64,000 bases of DNA from Oculina patagonica (taxonomy: Eukaryota), in the NCBI RefSeq assembly GCF_052425735.1, contig NC_135768.1:62001-126000 (forward strand), written 5' to 3'. A program made the translations under genes and the position numbers. This document shows, in pieces, positions 1 to 12,407 of this stretch. Numbering within the stretch: the first letter of the stretch is position 1; every line of letters begins with the position of its first letter. The notes beneath the pieces were generated by a model, which had not been told where the DNA came from, did no database searches, and saw nothing but the letters and a program-made list of their open reading frames with translations.

Positions 1-880
1 GCATTTAACAAATGAGAATATGTTACTATTCTTTCTTGTACATGTGTACTTCACAATAAAGATTTCAGATATGAATTATTTGTGGAAGTTGTCACCTAAA
101 AACAAGTTTTGTGGAGATCTGATTTAAGCTGAAAATTATGAAAAATAAAATTCCAAAATTACATGAAAAAAATGGATGGGTTGCAGGCAGTGTGTGCCCA
201 CTGGCCATACTGTTCTATATAAAAATTGTTAATTATTCCAACTTTTATTACCTTGATAATGTGTGTAAAAAGGCGGTCAGGAGGCCATCACTCCAGACTA
301 GATGCACGACATGAGGAAAGTTCCCCCTTCCCATCCTTGCAGTCCCCTCCCCTGTGTTGCTGTTCCAGAAAGTATCCAAAACCATATTTCCCCGACCCCT
401 GAGATGGTTTTTGGATCTTATACAGCCCCGCCCATCCTCCGTTTTTGGAAAATGCCAGTTTAGCTTCATACAATAAATCTTGCACATGTATTTAGCCACC
501 CAGGGGGCGTATTTATTTCAAGGAAGTTTTATAGGGGGGGCCTTTTTAGTGAGAGCAGGCTTTATAAAGAGCTGGGAACTCATTTAATTTAGTGAAACAC
601 CAGCCGGTTTAATACAAATTTATCAGATCATCTGAAATTTACATGTAAAAAATTCTGTTAAGTTTGCAAAGTGAACTAAAATGTTAAAAATAACTTGACT
701 TTACAACATTTACAATACCACTGGCAGTCATCGCCCTGTTTTTGCTTTTTTTTGTTTGTTTTTTGTTTGCTTAACAAAATGAAAAGCTTAAATCGAAATG
801 TTTACATGTAGCAATGTAAGAAAAATAACATGATGATAGGATTGAAATGGGGAGGGGGGCCGAGGGAAATGGGGAGGGGG

Positions 881-1085
881 CTGGGGTGCTTAATAAATTA
901 TTTTTTGCCTCAGAAATTCGGTGTGGTGGGGGGAGGGGCAAAAACATGCTAGTATTATTATTAGGAATTTAGAGCTCAGACTGGGGTGCTTAATAAATTA
1001 TTTTTTGCCTCAGAAATTCGGTGTGGTGGGGGGGGGAGGGGCAAAAACATGCTAGTATTATTATTAGGAATTTAGAGCTCAGACT
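881..1085 (+). repeat. Local tandem duplication, 2 x ~100 bp
   Basis: ctggggtgcttaataaatt...ggaatttagagctcaga occurs at 881-980 and again from 981, differing only in G-run length. Confidence 0.9.
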
Positions 1086-1340
1086 AAATTCATTTTTGAT
1101 CAAGATTCGAAAGAAAAAGATTTTCGCACGTTCTAAAAACCGGTCTCCTCCTTCAGTTTTTCCACTGTACTCGTCACCAGTAGACCAATCCAACCAGTCA
1201 CCGACGGCCATGTTACAAAGAAGTCAATAGCCAATCAAATGTCGCCAGGTGAATTTATTCGCGTGTCACTAATACTTCCGTTTGGTCACGGCAGTTCAAT
1301 CTGTCATTTTGCAAACTTACTGCAGAATAACGGAGTTTTC

Positions 1341-2417
1341 ATGGCGAACCGAAAAAGCTTATTCCTAACCTATGTTATTTGGTTGATTTGGGGATGGTTT
1401 GGCCTGCATCACTTGTATCTGGGCCGAGATATTCAAGCATTTGTTTGGTGGTCAACCATCGGAGGTGTATTTGGCCTGGGATGGTTTCGCGATCTTTGGC
1501 GTATTCCAGAATATGTTGACGACGCGAATGAGGAACCTTACTACGTGGAAGAACTCAAAAGAAAGATAAGACTGAGAAAAGAACCAGCTTTTAGCGTAAC
1601 TAGATTCTCAGGACAAATGCTTGTGGGTTATTTTTATGGGATCTTGGTACGATTAGCGATACCCGAGGATGCGAAATGGCTACCGGCGCTGTTGGTTCCG
1701 CTTGGAGTAGCGATCGGTGTTTATCTTGTAGGAAACATTGGTCGTGAGAGGGGTGATTTTAAATACCCTTTAGCAGGATCTTTCATTGCTAATATTACTT
1801 TGACATATCTCACTGGGGATGAGGCTGGTGCGATGTATGTTGCCCTAGTTGCTGCGATATTTTTTCAAAACCACCGCGAGTTCAAGAAGGAGAAACCGCA
1901 GAGAAAGACGTTGTGCAAGCGACTGCAGTACCTAGCTCTCGGCGGATTAATTGTTTGTTCTCTCTGGGGATCATTCCTTTACTTCAATGCACAAGTCACA
2001 ACTGAGGACGGAGAAACCGTGAAATTACGCGATGCAGTAAATCACTTCTTTAATTCGCCAGTGTGGTTGGAGTTCAAAGATGTGTTTTGGGGTCTGTATG
2101 AAGAAGGTCAAAAAAATGGCTGGGACAATTTCTACGACGAGTTTGTCAAGGCTTTGGATCCAAGAGGAGAAAAGAACGCTTATCGTGTGCTTGGACTAAC
2201 AGAGGACGCGACACAAGAAGAAATAAAACGACGATACAAGAAACTTGCTGTAAAATGGCATCCTGACCGAAACCCAGACAACAAGGAGGAGGCACAGCAG
2301 AAATTTATGGAAATACAAGAAGCTTACGAAATCCTCTCTAATATCAAATCAGCGAGAGCTTCTAGAAACACAAGAACAAGAAGTGATTATAATGAACACG
2401 AACACAGAGAGTTTTAA
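1341..2417 (+). CDS. DNAJC22: DnaJ homolog subfamily C member 22 (TM2 domain, multi-TM, C-terminal J domain), intronless
   Basis: N-terminal [26 protein letters not shown] (TM2), DLWRIPEYV, several TM segments, C-terminal J domain AYRVLGL...WHPDRN...[12 protein letters not shown] with HPD; ATG 1341 fits the family start better than 1239. Confidence 0.93.
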   Translation: MANRKSLFLTYVIWLIWGWFGLHHLYLGRDIQAFVWWSTIGGVFGLGWFRDLWRIPEYVDDANEEPYYVEELKRKIRLRKEPAFSVTRFSGQMLVGYFYGILVRLAIPEDAKWLPALLVPLGVAIGVYLVGNIGRERGDFKYPLAGSFIANITLTYLTGDEAGAMYVALVAAIFFQNHREFKKEKPQRKTLCKRLQYLALGGLIVCSLWGSFLYFNAQVTTEDGETVKLRDAVNHFFNSPVWLEFKDVFWGLYEEGQKNGWDNFYDEFVKALDPRGEKNAYRVLGLTEDATQEEIKRRYKKLAVKWHPDRNPDNKEEAQQKFMEIQEAYEILSNIKSARASRNTRTRSDYNEHEHREF

Positions 2418-2804
2418 CAAAGGATAGTTTATAGACCAACTAAATAAATATTTTAGACTGATCAATTCGACCAATAACAGGTGGTCAAATAGCGTGTAAT
2501 TATATGTTGGTGTTTGAATTGTGATTTCTGCACCACCTGTGAACTTGTTTTCGAGAAAAATCTTTTACTTACCGACAGTTATGATTCTCTTTTGTTATTT
2601 ACAACTGTGTTGTTCCAGAAAGTATCCATATCCCCCCCCCCCCCCTTTCCCTCCCAACAGTGGGTTTTTGGTTTGAACCCCTCCTCTGGAAATTCCAGTT
2701 AAGGTTCACAGTTTTTTTTTTTTTAAATTCTGGTCTTAAGACCCCATTCCCCCTTAAGGTTTCCAATGATCCTCCACAAGGAGGGTGTAAAACATTTAGA
2801 AGTA

Positions 2805-3016
2805 CCTTATTGTTACTTATTTTCGCGGGAACTTAATTTCGCAAAAATGGAACGGGTATATTTCGCGGGACTTAATTTTCGCGATTTGGCCAAAAATACG
2901 TAATTAACATAAAAAGTACAATAGAAACGTTTAAAATAAATTTTCGCGGGTCTTTAATTTCGCAAAGTTTTGAAAATCGCGAAAATTAAGTCCCACGAAA
3001 ATAAGTAACAATAAGG
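2805..3016. mobile_element. MITE, Tc1/mariner-pogo type (TA TSD)
   Basis: TA|CCTTATTGTTACTTATTTTCGCGGGA ... TCCCACGAAAATAAGTAACAATAAGG|TA; internal ttttcgcg repeats. Confidence 0.85.
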
Positions 3017-4844
3017 TAGACAAGGTACTTGTTAGAAATCTGTTTAGGTTCCCAAAAGTTGTCCTGCCAATTTCCTGTGAAATGAACCATGGAAATTAAA
3101 CTTTTCAAGTACTTACCTTGAAAATTAACCTGCCTAGTAAAGATCAACCAGAACTTTAAAAATGTGTTGGTAATTTAGGTCCTGGTAATTCAATGGGCAC
3201 ATAACTTTTTCTTACCCTGATTACTTCAACCCAAAATTCTGAACTCTCTGTTTGGCATATTTCATTAAGTAATCTTTTACAAGATTTCAAGTTGTTTTCT
3301 TCTATTCCTTTAGACATCACAGAATGTTTTATATTGTTCCATTTAATTAATTACTGTTAATTACCTTTTTCAAGAATGTTGTGTTTCTATTTATAGCTAT
3401 GTTAGGGTTACTATGAAAGCCTTATTAAACCTGCGGGTGGGGGTAAAGAACACCTTTTGAGTGTGCTCAGAAGAGGGGGAGTGTGGCTTATAAGAGAGGG
3501 AGGAGTTGATTTAACAAATTGCATATAATTTATGGTACATAAAAGAAATACAGTGAAACCTCAATCTAACAAACTTCCATTTATCGAAGGCCTTGGTAGA
3601 AGGAACTATATTATTCCTCCCAGTTTATAGTAAAAAAAATATGGAAAAGAACCCTAATTTTTCATAATTAAGTACGACAAATTGGAAATCTTGGTGACTT
3701 ATACAAAAGTGTATTTACCCCTACATGCAAGAAAAATTACCCAATACTTGCTTCCTTGACTGCTGATGGGCAGAAGGTCTTCAGTAAATTTCCATTTGCT
3801 TAGTAAAAATGTTTTAATAGTTGGCATTGACACATGTGGTACTTTCTAACAGAAAAAAAGATGTTGATTTAAAGTGTTTACTTTCCATCACGTATCATCT
3901 GTTTATGTATTGTGAATTGTTTTTGATGAGTCAGTTACAGTTAAAAAATATTTAAGGGTGGATTCTGTAAATAAGAATATTTTTGTATCTTCTGATGAAC
4001 TAAATAAATCAGTTAACAGAGCCACACACATTCATTTACAAATGAAGAATGTTTTACTTAGTAATTGAGTATGTACCAAAAAAAAACAGAAAACTACCAT
4101 AGTTCGGACTCTCGATTTACTTTCCCTAACATCAAGTTCTTAACATTAGTGAGTCCAAGTTCAAAGTGTAAACAACTTGACTTCCCTTTGGTGAACATAT
4201 ACTGGTAATTGTACTATTGAGATTATAAGTTAGCTATTTGCTACTTTTGGGGAATTTCCTTTCTCTTGAATAATGATCATAATGACATATAAACTTAAAA
4301 AACTTAAGGCACCATGCAGGGTGTCACATCCTCCTTCCTATGGCTCTTTTCGTTTCTCTTAGGCTTCTGGCACAAGAAACCAACAGCTCTGGAGACACAG
4401 AATTTCTAGGACTTCTGGTCATGATGTTTCAAAGAATGTATGAGAGAGTCATTGCATTTTTTGACTTTGGTTCAAGAATTCTTTGCTTCAAATAGCCAAT
4501 CAAAAAATTTCGAATTACATTCAAAACCCTATGTGCCCAAAGCCCTTTGTTTTTTGTGCCATGGCTTTGCTGGCTAAGAGAAGCAATAGGGGCTATGGGG
4601 ACAGAATGGTAACCAACGGCACATTCTTGTTCCCAGAGCCTGCATCCCCCTAGACCAGTGGTCGGGAAACACAACCGACTGGTCTTGGTGGAGGTGGGCT
4701 CTGGGAAGGAGAATGCTACTGACTGTTTTATGGAAGGTGGTAAGTTCAACTCTCGTTCCAAAGGAGAGCTAAAAAAAGCTTACATGTAATTTTCTGAGTA
4801 CATGATTGCATCACTAACCTAAAACTAAGGCAAAACAGTTCTTT

Positions 4845-6364
4845 TTAGTTTTGATCGTCCACATAAAGTCTAACAAGTTGTTTTGATGCACTTGGTAAAT
4901 GAGTAACTGGGCAGCAGCCATGTTGATTGAGGTATTTGTAGATACAAGGGTAACAGAACACATAACCAGATGAAGCCAGTGCTGTAGGATTAGTACGAAC
5001 TTTCTTACACAGAGGACATTGTGCTGGGTGTGGAGGAAGTTGAGCTCCATGCTGGGCAGGCTGTGGAAAGAGAACATAGAAGTTTAATTTCCTTTCCAGT
5101 TTAACCATCACTCAGATCATGAACACTGATAAATTATTCACATTAACCAGTGAAAGATTGCTATAAGCGTGCACATATTTTGCATGTCTGCTTTTAAATG
5201 AACAGATGTCTGTCGTCATCATTCACATCCATGACAACTTGCCCGGATTATCCAGGAGTCTCCCAGATACAGGCCAAATCTCCCTGTCTACTGTATGGGT
5301 CACCAAACCTCCCAGATATGAAGGAAAGTGAAATAAATGACTTCACATTTATTTTGGGAGAAAACTTAAAAATATTTATAGCACTTTTGTGGATGACTCA
5401 GTGGATATTTTTTTTAATGCCGTTTTGGGGGTTGAGAAGAGGTATCTTTACGCAACATTGGTGGTCTCCCAGATTCCTTCTCTGGGTGGAGGAGGGCAAA
5501 TTACTCCAATGCATATCTCACCTTGGGCTGGGGTGGTGGAGGAGGGACTGGTAACTGCATCACAGACTGCACTGCACCTTTATTATCACTTGAATACCAC
5601 CAATCTATGAACTTGAGAAAGAACACTACCACAGGAAGACCATTGGCTAAAAGTGATGTTAATAACTGCATTACTGAACTTGGAATTGCAGCCATCCTTT
5701 GAGCCACAGTCTTCCCACTCAATATACTGAGCAGACTGTTGTGCATGCTGTGCGCAAGAATGTCTTGTCTAGTGAGCCTTTGCAGTGAGACTCCAATGAC
5801 ATGCAGGAGAGGAGAATGGACTCCAGAGAATCTGAAGACATATAGTAGGTGGTAGCATAAGAAGATCGTTTCCCAAGTGAAATGTAAGAATGGATAAACA
5901 TAAATAAATGTCCTCTTCAGGTGAAGAAAGTACGACCGCTTTCGTGAAGAGTTAGTGAACAAATATCCACTCACATACTCCTCCCTCACTCTTTCAAACA
6001 GTTGATCAAGTTTGAGTTTTGCGTATGGTATTCCTACAAGCATTATTAAAGACAAGTACTTCTGAAAGCTTGGAAACTCTCCTTTTCTGTTTACTCTTTT
6101 GAGACCATAAAAATGTTCAGAGATTGAACCCCCGAAGTTCTTCAAGTAATAATTCTGAACAATGTAATCCAGACATAGGTGAAGTTCGTCTCCGAAACGC
6201 CAAATCCATCCCCATCTATCAGGATTGGAAGTTGCTAGCACTTTTAAGGCATAAGAAACAGCCGGTCTAAGAACTGAAGCCATAGATTCCTCGGCAACTA
6301 TCTCGAATATCGTAGGGTTGGCATTTGTAGTCCCTTGGTTCAAATGAGCTGCAAACTCCGCCAT
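4845..6364 (-). CDS. PEX12: Peroxisome assembly protein 12 (RING E3), 2 exons: 6364-5522, 5060-4845
   Basis: MAEFAAHL...PTIFEIVAEESM, GGSISEHFYGLKR, VFFLKFIDWWYS, LPVPPPP, degenerate RING CPLCKKVRTNPTALASSGYVFCYPCIYKYLNQHGCCPVT; phase-0 GT-AG intron 5521-5061. Confidence 0.95.
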
Positions 6365-6456
6365 TTTGAATTTGCTGGGTAACCAGGTGATTTGACAAGC
6401 GTGGTTACAAATGCACAGAGTAACCATTTTGTTGACAGCTTTGTAGAGATGAGACG
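6365..6456. promoter_or_regulatory. Compact bidirectional promoter/5' UTR region between PEX12 and RJL
   Basis: Divergent ATGs at 6364 (-) and 6457 (+); X-box-like GTAACCAGGTGAT at 6379-6391. Confidence 0.55.
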
Positions 6457-9400
6457 ATGGACAGAAAACCCGGACATTTGACAAAGTCTGTTCAAGAGAT
6501 CGCTGGATCTTTGTTCTGGATAAAGGTAAAGATCAAAATGGCCTCAGTTGTACTTTCAAGTGATGGTGGTGTTGTTCCATTTGTTGATAATCCTGGGAAA
6601 TGTATCTCGATCATTTTACATGTACTCTGGCTCAGATGTTTATTTATTTTTGTAAATTTTAATGCTTAACTTTCTTTCCAGGTTGTTGGAATAGGGAACG
6701 ATGGTGTAGGAAAGACCTGTCTTGTTAAAAACTTTTGTGAGAAAAAGGTATGGCAGTGACTGTATTTTACTGTCTAAACATCTCCCTTGGTGATCAGATC
6801 TTTACTTAAGCTTATGTACCAGTCAAATCGAAGGTTCAACATCCCCCCCCCCCCGGCAACACCCTGGGCATTTGAATTTTTGAAAAATTTGTGTTCAAAT
6901 TTCCCCCTCCCCGGGCCAAAAAGCCATTCAAATGCCCCACCATAGTTCTATTTCAGGTCATTAAAAATGCCTTTTTTCCAAGAATTAATTCACACGCCAA
7001 GTCTGCAGATAAGTCTAAAATACAGGAAAAAGCCTTTGTAACCCTTCTCTTTTTATCCAAGTTGTTGCATTCTTTTAAATCCTTAAACTCGCCATTTTGG
7101 ACCTTATTTCGGTCTCCGCCATGCCCCGGGGGGGGGGGGGGGAGGGGCACTCAAAAAAGTTTTATACGGGGAGGCTCCGCCCCAAGCTCTTACCCCTTAC
7201 CCTTTTATATACCATTTTCACAGAAATTGTACCCCTTTTGTATACCTGTTTTCACTCACTGGGATGTATAGCACAAAATCCTGGTTGTAGAGATCAAATT
7301 CCCTACCCCATATGCATTGTGATCAAATTCCCCACCCCAAGGGATGGCAAAGGCGTCAAATGCCCGGGGTATGCCCGGGGAGGGGGGGGGGGGTGTTGAA
7401 CCTTCGATTTGACTGATACATAAATCATGACTGTGTGTTCATTATTAATTAGGAGAATTAAGACATTCAATGATCACTGTTATGTTCTCTTTTCAGTTTT
7501 CAAAAAGCTACCACCCCACTGTAGGAGTAGATTATGGTAGGTTCAGTTCTTTTACAAGTAAGCTTATAAACATGGCCCTAACTTCGAAACCTCACAATTT
7601 TTTTTTGGCATCAGCTCAAATTCACTGTTTTCCTCCAGTATCCAAGAAAAAAAGAAATGTCCAATAAATTATGTAAAAAAAATAACTTACCCCAAGATCA
7701 ATCCTGTCTGAGAAATGCTACTCAGTCCTTCTCATTTCAGCATGTCCATATTAGCTTGCTGTTCATCGTTATTGCAAGTGCAACATTATCTTTTTCCTAA
7801 TTGTTGCTGTCTATTGCTTTCAGGTTTCAAGTTACACAAAATTAATGGCACTGACTGTAAGTATAAATTTTAAATGATGTTGGTAAACAAACCGAATCAC
7901 GTTTATGCACAGAAGAGAACCTTATGAATTAATTCATGGTTGGTGCACCTATACTACATAATTATGTTCCATCAGTTCCATGCCATATAACAATAATTAT
8001 TAATATTCAAAAATTTAATATTCAATACAAGTCCTCAAAATCCATCGAGTTTGATTCTCTCAATTTTGATGAAAAGTTGAAACTTTGTAATACATGTAAG
8101 TCATGATAGTAATAAAATAATTTATTGTTTTATTTTTAGATAGGATAAACTTCTGGGATTTTGGTGGTCATGCAGGTTATGATGAGATAAGGGTTGAACT
8201 ATATGGACAGACACAGGTTAGAGTGCAGCTTGACTTCAGGATTTTACTTCTCGCTCCCAAAGGTGTCCATGGTAAAAATTGAAAGTTAAATTAATTCAGA
8301 AACTTTTAAGGTGGCTCATGAACAATGGTTTAGTAAGATCTTCCCAACTTCAGCTTCCGGGCTAGATCAAGGTGATGTCAGTTTGTTACTATGACAATAC
8401 CAGGTTTATGGTGCCCTCTATCTTTTGAGTATAATATTAAAAACTGCACCACTATCCAGTTAAAGCTTTTTTTCTTTGATAAATATTTCTTTAATCAACA
8501 AAATGAATTTTTACAGGTTTTAAAAATAAGCCCTACCTAACAACAACAACAACAACAACAATATTTGAATGTTTAACATGGTCTGTACCAATGCTTAGTT
8601 TAAAAAGCAAGTTTATAGGCATGCCACAATTTTAATTATTTATTAATCATGATATATTGTGTTACTTAACCAGGCCTGCATTCTGGTGTTTGATGTTACA
8701 AACAAGTTGTCATTTGACTCCCTTGACTACTGGTTACAAGAATTTACTAGTAATGGCGGCAAACAAGCTGTAATGGCTGTGGTCGCTAATAAGGTGAGAA
8801 TCATTCATTTAGCTGTATAATAAACTAAAAAAGATTTTTGCTCTTCTGTTAGGCATTTAGTAGTATAACATTTAGTTAGTATGCTGTGGTGGAAGGTGAG
8901 GTGGCCTAATGGTTAGTGCACTGGACCCAGCCCTGGCCGGGGTTATTGTGTCTTGTTCTTGGGCAAGACACTACTATCACACTGCCTCTCTCTACCCAGG
9001 TGTATAGATGGGCTCTGCCCGAAACGTCTGTTTAATATTAATTTTTTGACACTTAAAAGAGTTTTTTCTCAAATTTCTTTACTATGATCCAAAGTGTCAC
9101 GCATCACTGACTGTTTATTTCATTCTATGGAAGAACAGTTTGTTAGGCAACCATCTTAAAATTCATACATGGGACCTGACCAATAATACTAAATAATTCC
9201 TTTGACTGAGCTACGATTGCAATTATGGAACTGGAATCTTTTGGTGTCAACACTGCAATGTTTAAATCCTCCAGTGTACTTAATTGCAGTTTCATTTTAT
9301 TTTTCATTGGGTCAGACTGACTTGTCTTCCAAAAGAGTTATTAGCAGCAAAGATGGACAGAGATGGGCCAAGGCACATGATCTGAGGTCTGTATGAAAGT

Positions 9401-9969
9401 TTTACACCTTACACCCGTGTTCAGTGTTACGTGCATAACAGCTTTCTATCAACATCCATCTTTTGACATGCTAAACAAACAAGATGGATCAATATCCGCC
9501 TATCATAACCCACTGGCATAACCTTCTAAAATTGTGGGCTCATTTGCATTAATACGACACCTGTATGCATTGGTTTTGATTAGCTCATTTCAAACAGCAC
9601 ATCAAAAGACAATGTTGAAAAATGAATGAAAAGATAGCTATGCACGTAACACTGAAAGCGGGTGTAAATAGTGGCATTACAAAACCTTTAGATGGTAAGA
9701 AGGACTAGGCCAAAAAATTATACAAAACAACCTGGATAGAGGACCTGCATGAAAACCAGCTGGAGCTGATGTGGCTTCCTCTCTAAATATAGCAATTGAT
9801 TTAACCTACATAATCCTTGTTGTTTTTTAGGTATTATGAAACGTCAGCAGGCACTGGTCAAGGAGTGCATGAGATGTTTAGTGGAGTGTTAGCAGCTGTT
9901 GTGGAAGCAAAGCTTGTGAAAGCCAAGCCAGTCATCAGTACAGAGCAAAGTTCTACTAAACAAAAATGA
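6457..9969 (+). CDS. RJL-family Ras-like small GTPase (DNAJC27/Rbj-like GTPase domain, no J domain), 8 exons, 204 aa
   Basis: Exons 6457-6525, 6682-6747, 7497-7536, 7824-7856, 8140-8216, 8674-8793, 9316-9386, 9831-9969 join in frame (615 nt) via GT-AG introns; G1 GNDGVGKT, FCEKKFSKSYHPTVGVDYG, G3 WDFGGH, EIRVELYGQTQ, G4 NKTD, G5 ETSA. Confidence 0.88.
6812..7423. mobile_element. Non-autonomous DNA transposon/MITE in RJL intron 2
   Basis: TIRs ttatgtaccagtcaaatcgaaggttcaacatccccc / gggggtgttgaaccttcgatttgactgatacataa. Confidence 0.8.
8893..9012 (+). mobile_element. Truncated tRNA-derived SINE
   Basis: gtggcctaatggttagtgc (A box), ttcttgggcaagacac, ctctctctacccaggtgtata; same family as the copy at 31608. 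Confidence 0.7.
9409..9667. mobile_element. MITE in RJL intron 7
   Basis: TIRs ttacacccgtgttcagtgttacgtgcata / tatgcacgtaacactgaaagcgggtgtaa. Confidence 0.75.
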
Positions 9970-10092
9970 GTCTTGTAATACTCATTCAAAACATGAAGAC
10001 CTTTCTGGCAACCAGATGCGACTGTGTCCAACTTTGCAAATTTAATAGTAATAATAATAATTTGTTGTCATAATGTTCGCTAAAAAGATAAA

Positions 10093-10323
10093 AATATTAT
10101 TTACAAGGCTAAAAAAGTTATAAAATTTTAAAAAGGAACCGAACGTTTTCGACTTGTTGTCATCATCAGTCAAAAAGTGCTCTTTTTTAACAGTCAGAAG
10201 TCAAATAAAAACAGTTTTGACTTTTTTTTTTCAGCCTTCTGGCACCCTGATGATGACAACAAGTCGAAAACGTTCGGTTCCTTTTTAAAATTTTATAACT
10301 TTTTTAGCCTTGTAAATAATATT
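10093..10323. mobile_element. Inverted pair of Penelope-like pLTR fragments with a minimal hammerhead ribozyme core, enclosing a copy of 10982-11050
   Basis: Perfect 77-bp arms 10093-10169 / 10247-10323; CTGATGA-T-GAC-AACAA-GTC-GAAA-ACGTTC at 10247-10275; loop 10177-10245 matches 10982-11050. Confidence 0.7.
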
Positions 10324-12269
10324 AATAATAATTTGATTATTACATTTGGATTATGGTCTTAGGAATTACTAAGAACTTTGGAACACTTTGTTGGGTTATA
10401 ACTGGGTTGTGAACAGTTTCCTTGTTCAGGGATATGTGAACCCACAGGCCACAAGCCGAAGGAGAAAAAGAAAAACTCGGGAATGTAGAGCACTGAACAT
10501 TGAAAACTTACAACATAGCCTTTTCCAGGTTCTTGGTAGTTGGGGGAGAGCAAAAAAATGCAGGCAAAATATAATCCCCCTTTCAATGACCTAAAATGTC
10601 ACTCAAAAGACATCCTGTCAAACATAAGCATCTTTGCTGGGATTGGATGGAGTTTCAAGGTTAGGTTATCTTTTACCTCTGTAAATCAAAAAAAACAACA
10701 ACATAAGAACCAGTTCTGTGCAACCTTTTTTGTTTCTTTATTATTTGTGAGAACCATTTTATCTTAAAAAAGTACATTAGTATTATTCCATCCACCTGGA
10801 TTCAGTTACTTGCAATCTATACAGTACATGATTTTGCCAAACTCAGTCAAAAAGTACAATGTACATATTAATATTTTGCTGGTGAAGCAGTTTACAATTT
10901 TACTGTACTGTGTTACATGTTTGTTTTAGTTTTCTGTTTACTGCATTATTGGTTCCAAACATTAAATTAAGCTAGCACAAGGTGCTCTTTTTTAACAGTC
11001 AGAAGTCAAATAAAAACAGTTTTGACTTTTTTTTTTCAGCCTTCTGGCACTAGTTTAATTTATGTTTCTGTTTTGGGTTCTGACTGGTTAAGGTTAAATA
11101 TGTACATGTACTTTAATGTAGTATAAGTGATACCGTTAAAAATAAACTGTACATATGGGTTATTTAAATTGCTACCTAGAAATATATTTATCAAATATTA
11201 AATAGTTATCAAATAAACTGAAAGTTCACAAGTTGTGATGTGTGAATATCTTGGGTCTAGATTAATGACACACCCCGGCCAGGACTTGGTTTCTCAAAGT
11301 AAGGAGTACTACAACCATTGGGTTCAATTTCCAGTCATTGTGTAAGTCCAGTTTTATTCATTTATTCTTACAATAGTGTGTGGAGAACTTAGGGTGTGAA
11401 AAACAGGTGAAATTAGATTACCATATAAGCTAATATAAAACGACCAGCAACTTTGAATCTTGGCCTGGTTATTCAAAAGAGGGTGTCTCCAAATAAAAGG
11501 AGGACTTATGGAAGTGGAAAATAATTACATATTCATGTAAACTTTTAAAGTCCTTTAACAAGGGTTATCTAACTGGCAAATTAAACTTAAGCCTGCCTTT
11601 AATAATGTTACCCTCACGTTATCAAATGTAGGGTTAAGAAAATTTAACTTCCAGACCCTCTCCTGAACAACTGGCCCGTTCATTTTTCAAACCTGCTGAA
11701 GCCAGTCTGTGCCTAAAAAGCCATATTGTTTGAACGTTTTTGCCAACAGAGATCCAGTTTGCCTTGATTTTAAAAGAAAGCAAAGAAACCCAACATTCAT
11801 AAAACATAAAGGTCTGGTGTTTGGCCTCAACTAACATGGCATTTGATAGAAATTGAAGCTTTAAAAACCCTTGTGCCTGAAATGGCTTTGGGAGGTTTGA
11901 GAAACCTAACCTAGGTAAAAAAAATTATTAAAATGATTGCACCACAGCCATTTATTTTGCTTGACACTCCTAGAAGAGATGCAAAGTCATTTTAAAAAAG
12001 AAACACTTCATGTTCATTTGAGTCTCGGTGAGTTTACTAAACCTTTATCTTGGGTTCACACTATGAATCTTGAGTTCTCCCAGACTCACCCTTGTGTTCA
12101 CGCCAGCCTTATCCAAACACAAGCAAAATATTTCTTTTCTCTGATTACTTTAAAAACTGTCTATTTAAGATTTGAATGAAATTCACTCCCTGATCTAAGA
12201 CAAAATATTTTGATCAAGTAGCCAGTATGTATGATAATTAATATTTATAAGGAAAGTTCCACCAGAGTC

Positions 12270-12407
12270 GGATCAATAGTCATTTCTGGGAAACTGCCCA
12301 CCTACCCCTCCCCAAACCTAACATTTTGCCCAAAGAAAGAAGTCAGTGTTAATGTTAGGTTAGGGGGAGGGGTAGGTGGGCAGTTTCCCAGAAACGACCA
12401 TTGATCC
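12270..12407. mobile_element. 138-bp MITE with GGATC termini and 8-bp TSD (Merlin-like)
   Basis: ccagagtc|GGATCAATAGTCATTTCTGGGAAACTGCCCACCTACCCCTCCC ... GGGTAGGTGGGCAGTTTCCCAGAAACGACCATTGATCC|ccagagtc. Confidence 0.9.

Noticed and set aside
1239-1340. Upstream in-frame ATG extending DNAJC22 to 392 aa
   Set aside because: Overlaps the CCAAT promoter region; family similarity begins at MANRKSL (1341)
6365-6484. N-terminal extension of PEX12 from the ORF-track start at 6484
   Set aside because: The family starts at MAEFAAHL (6364); the extension would overlap RJL exon 1
6538-6669. MASVVLSSDGG... as the RJL start
   Set aside because: Lies inside intron 1; the 6525/6682 splice gives the expected FWIK-VVGIG beta-strand before the P-loop
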